The notes under the pieces were generated by a model. It was not told the DNA's origin. It made no database searches and was given only the letters and a program-made list of their open reading frames with translations. A stretch of DNA of 64,000 nt from Phoronis australis (Eukaryota > Animalia > Phoronida). Where the stretch lies: contig NMRA01000026.1 of assembly GCA_002633005.1 (NCBI GenBank), positions 346,101 through 410,100 of the forward strand, written 5' to 3'. Shown here piece after piece: positions 13,048 to 24,200 of this stretch (the first letter of the stretch is position 1; every line of letters starts with the position of its first letter). Both the position numbers and the translations under genes were made by a program.

Positions 13048-13767
13048 GTAATGCTTTTGTTGACTGACAAAAAAGGAAACTGCACAATAGGGTATCCCTA
13101 AAACGTTAAACAAAAACTCTGAAAGGTAAATGCTAGAAAATGGGTTTACTGGAATTAAATGTACTTCTCGTATACCAGGATTATTTTGCAAGCCATTGAA
13201 GTTGGAACAAATGCCAGAGAAACGACAAATGCATTTTTCAGACCGACTCTCTTACGTGCACTGGTTGATTAGTAAATCTCTTTGTAAGAAATGATGGTGC
13301 GTGCCCGCCGAACACCTGCCTCCACGTCACCTTGTAAGAGCATAGGCCCCTATATAGATATCAAAACTGCATTTCCCCTCAGCTGCTGTCCAAAAAACGA
13401 AAATCGAATGAAGTCTTTGCCATCATAAAATCGGTCTCGTATTATTCCGTACCTTGGTAGGATTCTGTTTCTTTTGTCATGAAGAACATTGAAACTAATA
13501 GGGATTCAAGAAGACGCTTCAAAGTTTATTTGAGATGCATGGCCAACCCTAATATTGTGAATTCGAAAATAGCACACGTGCACATTTCATGTGACTTGAA
13601 TTGGTAACAGAAATAGACTACCATCATGGTAATGAATATTCTGAGATCGATTTTATCAGATTAAAATCCTAATTCGATTTCGTTTTTCAGCCAGCTAAAC
13701 TGGACGAAATGCATCGAAGCTTCGCTGCATCCTCGTCCGGTCAAGTGATTTTATTGTACTTTTATAG

Positions 13768-13856
13768 CCCAGTTGCAGACGTGACTGCAGTGGGTTTGAG
13801 ACCACCATCTCCCGACTCTCACCTTAAGTCAGAAGGCTTTATGAAATTCAGTACAG
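13768..13856 (+). CDS. Exon 2 of the SKI/DAC-like gene
   Basis: cttttatag acceptor and ACAG|gtaaaa donor; phases 2 to 1 fit the flanking exons. Confidence 0.6.
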
Positions 13857-14650
13857 GTAAAAAAATGAGTAATGATAATGATAATGATAATCTTTATAGG
13901 TCTTCTCTGTGGTCTGAAATTCCGCTTATATACGATACTACTTGACTATTGTGCCACCCTTTTTTCTCGAGCCACGAAAACTGCATTGTATCCGAGTTTA
14001 CACCTGTAAGTTATGTAGCACCATAGAAAAATGGCCAAATTTGGCTGACTCGGAAAATCATGTCTCAGGAGTGGCTGCTTGGATGAAACTTTGATAATAC
14101 ATTTTCTTTCATGCAATATTCTCCAAAAAAAAACTGTTGGGAATTGTTTTTAAAATGTTCAGTTTTTTGCACGAGGGCTATCAAAACAGGTATTTATGAT
14201 TTTCATCGCAAAATAAAAAGTTACATAAAACGAGAATGACGTGATAAATTTGAATACTATAGCAGCCGTTTTGAGATTTTGTCTTGAACATTTATTTTAA
14301 ATGAAATTCGCTCATTGTATTGGTACGGTTGTTTTGCTATGAATTTGCCTTTCTTGTTTGCTAAATTGTACTAAAAAGACATGGTGACCTGACCCAATTA
14401 ATGGCAGGTTGGCATTGTCAAAATCAAATTTTGTAGGCTTCAAATTTCTTGCTTGGCGTAAAGTGCGTCAAAAACGGCGAATGAGCCCGAGACTGGCACG
14501 GTGTGGCGTCAGTTTCTGTTACTATATTTGATGCATGTTACTGTGACACGCCCTCTTGCAGGCCATGGGGACAGCTTGCTGCCTTTGACAGAGGCCTACA
14601 GATGTCTCCAGCATCAGTATCAGTTACAGTGTGGTAAGACGTCGCGTTAA

Positions 14651-15230
14651 AGGCGAAGGCAACCTTTTTCCATGTCCTTTTGAGCTAAAATAAGGTTGGT
14701 TGGTTATCCTAGACATATTTTCCACTTATTTACAGCTTTTCGTAATTTTATAAATTACTCGTCCGCTACTCCGGAAGTGACGTTTTAGGAGGCAAGCGCT
14801 TCCCGCCACTTGGTTTTGCGTTGACTTTACAGTGCGAATCTGTTCTATTCTGCTTTTGTTCTGTGCTGTTTTTCAACAATTGTCGCCACCACTTTCCATC
14901 GGCGAGTATTCTGCGGCAAGATAGGTTAGTAGAGAACTCAACTACGTTGGATTTAGGGATTGTTTAGTGTGTTGTAAGCTGAAAATGGCTGGAGTCGGTG
15001 ACCCGTATCACAGTGACAGTAGTGTGAGTGACGGAGACNNNNNNNNNNNNNNNNNNNNNNNNNNNNNNNNNNNNNNNNNNNNNNNNNNNNTCCTAAAACG
15101 TCACTTCCGGAGTAGCGGACGAGTAATTAATAAAATTACGAAAAGCTGTAATTAAGTGGAAAAGATGTCTAGGATAACCAACCAACCTTATTTTAGCTCA
15201 AAATGACATGGAAAAATGTTGCCTTCGCCT
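14651..15230. mobile_element. Kolobok-like DNA transposon with long TIRs; interior hidden by an N gap
   Basis: TTAA|AGGCGAAGGCAAC...GTTGCCTTCGCCT|TTAA. At least 140 bp of near-identical inverted repeat (14651-14790 versus 15091-15230); gap at 15039-15090. Confidence 0.8.
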
Positions 15231-15688
15231 TTAATGCTAAAACAACAACTGCGCTTTATTCTCCTGCCATTTTACATTTTAAACACAAATGAGAGCACTT
15301 GGGGAGTGAAATTTGCGCTAAACTCCCCTTCTGTGCGTCGAAAAAGCTAAATTTTGGTTGAGATCATTATCAACGTTTCGGCACGTCAACAACGAAACAT
15401 TTCGTGTGATGAGCACTGCTGGTCTCGAGCACAAGCTCAGAGACCTCAGTGAAGAAGAGGTTGAAACCAGCTGCATAGCAGCAAGTGTAGCGTCTAAATC
15501 AAGTTAATTTTCTTCGGCGCGGAGGCGAACTTGTTATCTGCAAACTGAAATGTTGAGCTAAGAGTTGCAGGCTTTCACTTCACAAAACTGCATTTTTTGT
15601 TTGAAACAGCTAATTTGTCAATTTTTAGAATGGTTTCCGTGCACGCGTTGTCGTCTCGCCTCAATTTTGCCTACCATTTTTGTTTCAG

Positions 15689-15811
15689 AGAGGAACCGCG
15701 TGTTGTGTTCCATACTAGCTGAGAATGAATACAAACTTGGTAACAAGACAGACAACAGGAGTGACTCGAACAACCACACTAGTAATCATGCTGACCAGTC
15801 ACTTAACAATG
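15689..15811 (+). CDS. Exon 3 of the SKI/DAC-like gene
   Basis: ttttgtttcag acceptor and G|gtagtg donor; 123 nt, symmetric phase 1, open frame. Confidence 0.55.
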
Positions 15812-15889
15812 GTAGTGTAGTCTTTTTACCGTTTAAACGCTACTAAGCCGCGCAACAAGGCCTACGTTTAAAAACAAGCTCACTAGCTA

Positions 15890-16315
15890 CCGGGATTTTC
15901 CGCAGATAAGCCCACCCCATGAAACGCCCATGGGCGTTTACTCTGAAAATTGTGCCGTTTATGTAGTGTTACACTTCTGATGTCAAGTGTCCAGATAGTG
16001 GGGCGTTTATTCGGAAAAAATTCCTCTTGAAAGCCCCATCATCAACTTTTGGTCACAAATTCAGTTTTGGGGAGCATTCATCATTATTTTATAAAAACGA
16101 ACAAGGTGTTGGCGAGCTATGCATTTATTAATATAAAATTTAAAAGCACAGTTTTAAGTAAAAAATGTAAAAGCCAGCAAAACTATGACTTTCTGTTTAC
16201 ACGCCCCACCCCCTTTCCGAATAAACACGGGAGTGTTCATTTGGTGTTACTGAAACGCCTGAAAATTTTTATTTTCCGAATACACACCCATGCGCTAATC
16301 TGCTGAAAATCCCGG
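15890..16315. mobile_element. Tc1/mariner (pogo-type) MITE
   Basis: TA|CCGGGATTTTCCGCAGATAAGC...GCTAATCTGCTGAAAATCCCGG|TA; about 25-bp TIRs and a TA TSD. Confidence 0.75.
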
Positions 16316-17043
16316 TAGCAGCATGTGATATGGTGCGGGACAATTGTTTTTCGAAGTTCGGTTTACGCGCACAAAGGTCCATGCTCCTATAACGGAAGAA
16401 AACGAGTTTTTACTTGAAACATAATTTTTGTTCATTTGTTTCACACATAGGTTGCTTCACCTGCAGGCAATTTAAAAAAAAGTGTTTACTGAAGTGTTTC
16501 GCACATAGTTGCTGCAAGCATGCACCTAATCCATGATAGACAACTTCAAATGGGCCCAAATACAGATTACCTTACGAGTTTTTGTTCGACCGATCGCCAT
16601 CTAGGCGGCCGGTCGTCTAGCTGACTTGTCTGAGCAGGCAAGTCAGGCTGGCTTGGGGGCGTTAACTCGGACCCCATTGCGGTCGTCGCATGGGGCGGAA
16701 GGGACACGTGGCAAACCGTCACCACATGCACCCTGAGGCGTATTTTTATTTTTGCACATGCAGCAAAGCTACGTTTCATTGAAATCCCTGACGTAATTGT
16801 AGTCACTTGTGCGGTCTGATGAGATTAGCTGACTGGAATCGGCTATTTTTCGACTGGTCAGACAAAAAATTGTGACATCTTTTGCTTGAAAGCGACGTTA
16901 GGAGTTTTTTACTCTTAAAGTGACTCGAAGGCAGACAGAATATTTTAAGCCAACGGTAACCTGAAGTTATCGTTTCCATGGATTACGGAATTTCTTAGTG
17001 TTTGTCGATACCGACGCCCATTTTTCAGTGTTTTGTCTTGCAG

Positions 17044-17204
17044 CACTAGTCACCCGTCAGGCGTATGAAGAGATCAAAATCTTCCGCGAGCAGGTCACAC
17101 AATTGACTAATCAAGTCAGAGAAAGAGACGAAAAGATCAGAAGTCTAGAAGAAACGTTGGGGCGACAGCGCGGAAAGGAAATGACGATGTCTCGGCCGTC
17201 TTGA
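17044..17204 (+). CDS. Terminal exon of the SKI/DAC-like gene, coiled coil (AYEEIKIFREQVTQLTNQVRERDEKIRSLEETL)
   Basis: ttgtcttgcag acceptor, phase 1, heptad pattern of hydrophobic residues, TGA at 17202-17204. Confidence 0.68.
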
Positions 17205-17699
17205 CTCTTCTCAGGCTGTGATTAACAAATGCTGATAGTTTGATCGTAGTTAGTCTATGGTTTAAGTTAGTGTGAACTCAGTACAGCTGTGAAAAGATCG
17301 TGTAATCCCGGACGACTAGGCCAGTGGGCCACATAAAATCCCAGGTGAGCAGACGACAAGTAGAATATGGCACGAGACTGATTGCTAAGAATAGAGAGAT
17401 CACAACTATCCTTCACGTTGTTTTGATTAGCTAACTGTTGATAAATACAAGATACTACCATACTGTCGGGGACATTGTTAGGACAAGTCAAGAGCGCGAA
17501 CACATCAATGCTAAGGAATCAACAAAAGCTCAAAGTTGATGTCAACTAGACAAGTGCATCAGCTGTCACAAAAGTACACAGTAACCTTTCCCGAAGGCAA
17601 CAAATAGTGACCAAATAGTGACCGTGTTTTTACACATTTGAGGGATTCTAAATATCATTGACGGAGCTGAGAAATTTCAATTCATTTTATGGCTGATCA

Positions 17700-17851
17700 C
17701 AATGACGGATTTAGAGAGGGGGCCAAGCCCCGCCCCCTAAAATTCTCCCAGATTCCATTTGGCAGCACGGGGGTGCGAATGTCTGTCGGGCAAAATCCTG
17801 GCTAATACTCTGCTCTGGCCCCCCTAACTCAAAATCCTGGATCCGCCCCTG
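17700..17851. mobile_element. hAT-like MITE of about 150 bp with an exact 5-bp TSD
   Basis: CAATGACGGATTTAG...GGATCCGCCCCTG termini, GATCA on both flanks. Confidence 0.8.
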
Positions 17852-20343
17852 GATCAAAGGTCGTAATACACGGAGACCATATTATTTCAATAGCTAGTTT
17901 AAAAGTATATTTACATGCTTATGTAAAGCAGGAACTAAACGACAGTGCTATTTGAACATCATCTACTCTAAACAAAGTGCAGTTGAATGCCCCATTCATT
18001 GACAACTTGAAAATATGAAAACAAAAAATTCTGCAAATAAGTGACTTTTGCACTAATGACGTACCTTGGGGGGGGGCTCACATAGCCCGCATCATGCAGT
18101 GTTATTCTCCACCACCACCCCCACGATACTTACCAGATACGTTTGAGTGAATTACAGCGGATCACTTTCAACACAAAACTCGTTCTTAAAAATGGCAATG
18201 TTCAACCTACTTCATATTCACCTCATTATGTTGTGTTTCACCACTATTACAGCAGCGACACCACGAGGAGAATTCGTCGAATAGCCCCATTAGACCAAGC
18301 AATCAGAGATAAGGAATTAGCCTGGAAGTGATTCCTTTGTGTTATGTAAGAACCATCCAGGTCATAAGTACAAACAAAATCAGTCTTGCTCTTCAAAGAT
18401 TTAATTTTCCATGACATTTTGATTACCAATTTAAATTTTTACATTTACAGAAGACAACTACCAATAAAGTTACTATTAACATCAAGTACACTTAATTGTG
18501 CAACCATTAAAAGCTAGTACTTCACTCTACTGGGGGGACAAGCATAAGAAGTGTCAATGAACAGCAGTAAGACAACAGGGGCTCATGTCACAACGCCACA
18601 CTAGCGAGACGCGGCAAGAAATATTGGCTTACGAATGGGAAACAGTGTGTAAACATTTAATTTCCACCCATAATTCAACATTCCAGCCTCACGGACCAGT
18701 TACTTCAATGAAGCACGCAGCCTCGAGGTGCTGAAATGAGGGAGATCACACTTGCGTAGAGGTGGTATTTCTTATGGATTAGGTAAAAAAACACAGTTGG
18801 TTCCACTCTGAGTTTTTTTTGAAAATTAGCTGCTTACTTTCATCGTAAATCACTTTAATCACTTTATTACCCTTGCTCAAAAATAGGTGCTTATGTGAAA
18901 GTTTCAGAAAAACACACAAGACCTTGGCTGAAATTGCTGTAGGGCGGGCCTATTTTTTCTTTTTAATCGGTGAACCCAGGTCTCAAAATGAGTCAAGGTA
19001 CAGACCAGAACCAACTGTGCCTTTTGGCCTCATCTCACATTTGCTGTTCAAACATGGAATCGAGTTCCAACTTTCAACCACCCTTCCCCATACCCTGGTC
19101 ACAATATTGAACACAATATTGAACACAAAATTGAACACAATAAATACACAAGGTGTATAATAAGCATGGACAGGACGAGAAATGGATGTATCGCCTTGTT
19201 ATGTCCATCTTTTAACACACCCTTTATGTTAGACAACACAAATTAAATACGAATACACACACATTCTTACAGTGCTCATACAATACAAGTAGGAAGTATT
19301 CAGATTAAATGACCCAGAATTCCCTGTCATGACTGCTGGGCCAAAGCAAAGTTCACTGCAGAGTGCTCTTCCTCCATGACTGAGAATGAAGAGGAATTAG
19401 AAAAGTGACTAAGCTATTCTGTAATTAGAATTTTGCTGTCCTAATAGTTATTACCAGTCAATTTTGCAGTTAATCAAATTAGCCGTCATGACCGGAAATC
19501 GGTATTTTGTCCCATTACTTTTGTATTGTATTGTATTACTATAAATGCATAAACACATCCTCAAACAACATGGACAACAGCAGCAAAGATCACATAAATT
19601 AACATACTTTATATAAAGTTCTTCACACTATCATAAGGCGCCATGCCAACACTAAACAACAATTAACATTACCTATTTTGCTAACGACATTGGAAGTCCG
19701 GTGTAATTATGCAAGATGAAGCTACAATCGGGCAACAATCACAGTACTCGTTTCAAATGACCAGTTACACACTTGATACCTCGGAAATTATAATTTCCCC
19801 CATCACCAAAATTCACTCTCAGAAGTTTCAGCTGCTGAATGTTTTCTACCTCTACACACCGGTAGATGAACTCCAAGAGGCATTGGACCCAATTTCTGAT
19901 GGAAAATATCACTGAACAACAAAAATACAAACTCAGTCAAATGCAGGGATCATTTGTGTGAGTTACCCGCTACAAGGTCGTCAACATAATGCCACGTTAC
20001 TAAGGGGATTTCCTAGAAAACTCGACCTATGTCCAAATTCTTAGTGCATTTTTCTGCTTAAATAGTTACCCTGTAAAGTTGCATGTCAATGCTAACCCAG
20101 TGAATGGGGGTACTCTGCGACCAAAGCACAACAGTATGTGGCACCGGTAGAAGTGTGTAGGTGTACCTGTCGCTTGTGCCCACACCTAGACAGAGGGGGG
20201 TGTGGGATCATTATCTGCTCCCCGGGTGGTGACAATCCTAGCTACACCACTGACCTGTACCTTGTTGACTCAAGGTACTGAAATGATTTACCCCAGACAG
20301 ATCAGCTGTGCTCAACTGAAACATTCGTGCAATGCACTCAGAC

Positions 20344-20416
20344 TGACCAATCACCTTCTGAGGACCAATCACATTCTGAGGACCAATCACCTTCTGAGGA
20401 CCAATCACCTTCTGAG
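20344..20416. repeat. 18-bp tandem repeat, 4 copies
   Basis: gaccaatcaccttctgag repeated. Confidence 0.9.
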
Positions 20417-21206
20417 ACCTGTGCGCACACACATTCTGACTGACCAATAACTTTCTGAGGCCTTGGTTGCTGAACAACAAGATTTAGAAGACCAAGACAA
20501 AATCAGCAGTACAGATGATCAGCACAACTAATTTGTATACAAATTTGTGTCACTGCTAATTCAAATTACATATTCCTTGCTCCGTAACAAATCCTGTGAC
20601 TGCTGATTTCCGTCTATGTTCAACTCAATGTAAAATTCAATGTCACTCTTGAACTTGTAAGTGTTCACGTGTTGTTAACTTGAGGCTTTACCATGACCTT
20701 CACAGAACCAAACAGCAGGCTCTAGAAACGACTAAGTAGACTGTACGTCCTATTCATTCCAACACTTTCTTGATTAGATCACGTACACTGCTAAGTTGCC
20801 TCCTCGTCGTTGCATTTGAGGGCGCGCACTTAACGGCAGACAATTGTGGCAGGTAATGAGGGCTTAGGAAAAGGAAATAGCACGTTTCTATGGATTTTTT
20901 TCCATAACTCAACATTCCAGTCTCGTCAACCAATCACATCAGTGGCGACCACTTAGAGTAATTTTATGCTTCCAATGTTGTGAGTACCGTATAATTGCGA
21001 AGCATTCGACTTTCACACGCGTATTCGTGCGTAATCGTGTCTTACAGAACGCTTCCCTGATTGATGGAGGGACTATTTATTACTTTGGTTTTAGTACAAT
21101 CTACACAGAACCAGCTTCATCACAGTAGGCGTTAGAAGCGACTGTGTAGGCCGAACCTTCTTCTCCTTGATACTGCTCCCTGGCTAATAGTATCATTGCA
21201 CATAGT

Positions 21207-21278
21207 TCATATGTAATGCGGAACCTCTTGACCTGTGAGTAGTCTATAGATGGATGTTGGCATAGTCTTCATGTGGAT
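21207..21278 (-). CDS. APBA1: APBA terminal coding exon [23 protein letters not shown]
   Basis: ttttag acceptor, conserved X11 C-terminus, TGA at 21209-21207. Confidence 0.95.
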   Translation of the reverse strand: MHMKTMPTSIYRLLTGQEVPHYI

Positions 21279-24200
21279 CTAAAACAATGGTAATAGCAAT
21301 GTCGTTTACTGTCAGTAACTATACTATCCCAGAAAAAGATACCACAGAAATACAGATTTTTGGCAATAACACACAAAATCCGAACTAGAAAATTGAGTTT
21401 TCACTTTGTTAGCTTTGCGTTGATTTCCCAGTTATGACGACTGTTGTCAGTTGTCATGATGGGAACCCCTGTGTATTTTGTCTAATTACTGTGTAGCCGT
21501 CTATTGTAGTAAACTAGCTCAGGAGGTTCAGAGACAAGGTTGACATCAGTGATCACACGCTGCGACAAAAGTTGAACAGTACATGAACATCTGCTGACAA
21601 TTTTTGGTGTCAAGACACCTGGAAACTGATTAGTAGACGTTCAGTGTCAGCTGTAATGCTGATCTACATTTTGCTTTAAATTTCCAAGGTTAGGGGATTT
21701 TAAGCATTCGGAAAACGACCCCGTGACGCAAATCTCCTTCTCAAACGTCCGAGCCCATAGTAACAACTTGATGAAACTGACTGGGAATGCTCCGACTTGA
21801 CAGCATCACGCATAAGCCACGATAAGAGATATTCGAAAGTGTCTATGTTTGTTTTTGTTCAAATACTTGACAGAATGTCCCACTTGTCCGACATATTGTG
21901 TTGAAAGTAACTGAAGGATTTCCACAGTAATGTTTCTTAGTTTCAAAGAGGAAGGTCAAATTAAGCAGGCAGTCACCAGTTCAACTTAAACAATTATAAA
22001 TCTTCAGATTGGGATGCAATATGCCATGATTTCGTCAAGTAGTTACTTACTCCTGCTGGCACAGTTTGTCACCAAAAAAACAGTTGGTTAATTCTTGAGA
22101 ATTTGTAGCAATGCAATAAGCCTTTGAAAAAAGAATGACAATTAATTTTTTCTCAAACTGAACTTTTTAACATTTAATTCAAAAAGGCATAAAGACATTA
22201 TACAATGGCTTACCTCCCCAACAGAATTAGCCAGCATCGATACTATTTTCTCGTGTGGCACTGCGACGACACTGCTACCATTGATTTCAATAATACGATG
22301 ACCCACCCTGACACCACCCCTTTCAGCAATACCGCCACGCAGCAAACTGCAAATCTGAAATGTGGAACAAAAAAGTTAGAACAGCAAATGTCACATGACT
22401 GTTAAAGCAGTTGCAAGGTATTGACCATCTTACGGATAATGAAAACCACATCAAAGAGCATAGACTTATAGCAATCCAGAATTGAGTTAGTCACGGAAGC
22501 GATCGTCAGGTCGGTCAGCCGGCAGTTGATATTGTCTGAAGCTACTTGTTTACTCCTATATTAATGATACCTATGATGAGCTGAACTATTGACAGCTTAA
22601 AATGCTGGTAAAATGAAATAAGTTCTACAGAACACATGGCTATGTCAATTGGCAGTGCTACTTTAAATGACCGATATTCCACAATACTTTGTCTATATGA
22701 AACAAGGTCAATGTTCTGGGGTCGAAAACAAATTTGTTGGACAGGCTTATTTGCTCTTCCAAAGCAACGTTCACCGTGTACTCAGCGAATACAAAAACAT
22801 GCCATGAAAAGCCAACTTGCTGAGCCTGGCTCAAGCAATAACGAAAGCCAACTTGTAGAAATTGGCTCAAGCAATAACGAACTGTCAGTTCTTTAAAAGC
22901 ACAGAAATCACACCTACTTTGACTAAGGAACAACTTACGACCTATTTTGTAACAGAAGTGGTCTAAATCAAAACTTGTTTTTGGTACCATAATTGGTTTC
23001 TGGCCACTTTAACTTAGAATTTCAATGTTGGGCAAAAAGTTTCAAACAGTACAAGAATCCCTGTGAGCACTAAGGATGGATAAAGAAATACGGCGAGTAA
23101 AACTGAAGTAAAAACAGACAAGGTACAGGGATATGAACAAACATGTCTCTTACCACTCCATTTTGGACACTGAAGCCCAGCTGATACTTTGTATCTGGCC
23201 TCTTGACTAGTACTTCCACTACGGGTGGACACGACACTACATTCAACTTGACCACACTTTGACCTTTCACTGTCTGAAATAAGTGAAAAAGCAGTGGAAA
23301 CTGTTATGCACAATTTAGCAAGAACACACTGCTATCTCAGATTTCAGTTCCATTTTTTGTCCGAATCCAACTTTAAATTTTCGAAAAAATCATAAAATTC
23401 TGGATGTTACACAAATATTTGATACTCCAGTTCATATACTAGTACAGTACCGTTGTATATTCAGAGCACAGTGGAAGTAAGTACTCACTTTCCCACAAAT
23501 AACACCATTTGAACATTATTTCAATGAGTTTAAGTTGGATAGCTGATTACCGTCAGATCTATAACCGCGCTTTTCTTTCTGTGCATTAGCAAGAGTTTAT
23601 TGCACTAATAGCTTGCGTGTGTTTAACAGACTATAACGCATGTCTGATTATTCACATATCATTCACTAAACCTTAAATATCTGATAAGTAATCGCTACAA
23701 GTCAGTCACGCAGTCACTACGCCATAAACACGATTACAATGAGCCGTTTTCCAGAAGGTGTCTTCTACAGACACAAGAATCTTGCAAAGCCTAACTACAG
23801 TAACTGAGCAAATTGGCAGCCACTCAAGTGATTGGCTGGTGAGGTTGAAATGTTGCATTGTGGGATAGAGGTTCCATAAGTTAAGGTTCCTAGCCAGAAC
23901 GCTGCTCAGTTTTTAAAGAATAATTTCTACCATGACGGTTACTAACCAAATTGAATTACGATATTGTCGCAAGTCACGACATAGTCCTACATCAAATCAG
24001 CAAGTCACCCACCTTGATCTGGGCTTGGCACGATGAGAGTGGTAGTCCCACCAGACTGACCCCGTTCACCGAGATGATCTGGTCACCTATGTTGAGCTGG
24101 CCGCAACGGGCGGCTGCCCCTATGGGCGACATATTGGCCAGCACCACTGTTGGAACCATGGAACCCCAGCCAGACTCCACTATTACCACGCCCAGGGGTT

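Noticed and set aside
10918-13085. Many overlapping and antisense short ORFs, here and over 56630-57342
   Set aside because: They are shadow frames of real GC-richer coding exons.
20344-20416. Regular short repeats (also 28123-28290) as a possible CRISPR array
   Set aside because: No unique spacers, no cas genes and a eukaryotic context; these are ordinary minisatellites.
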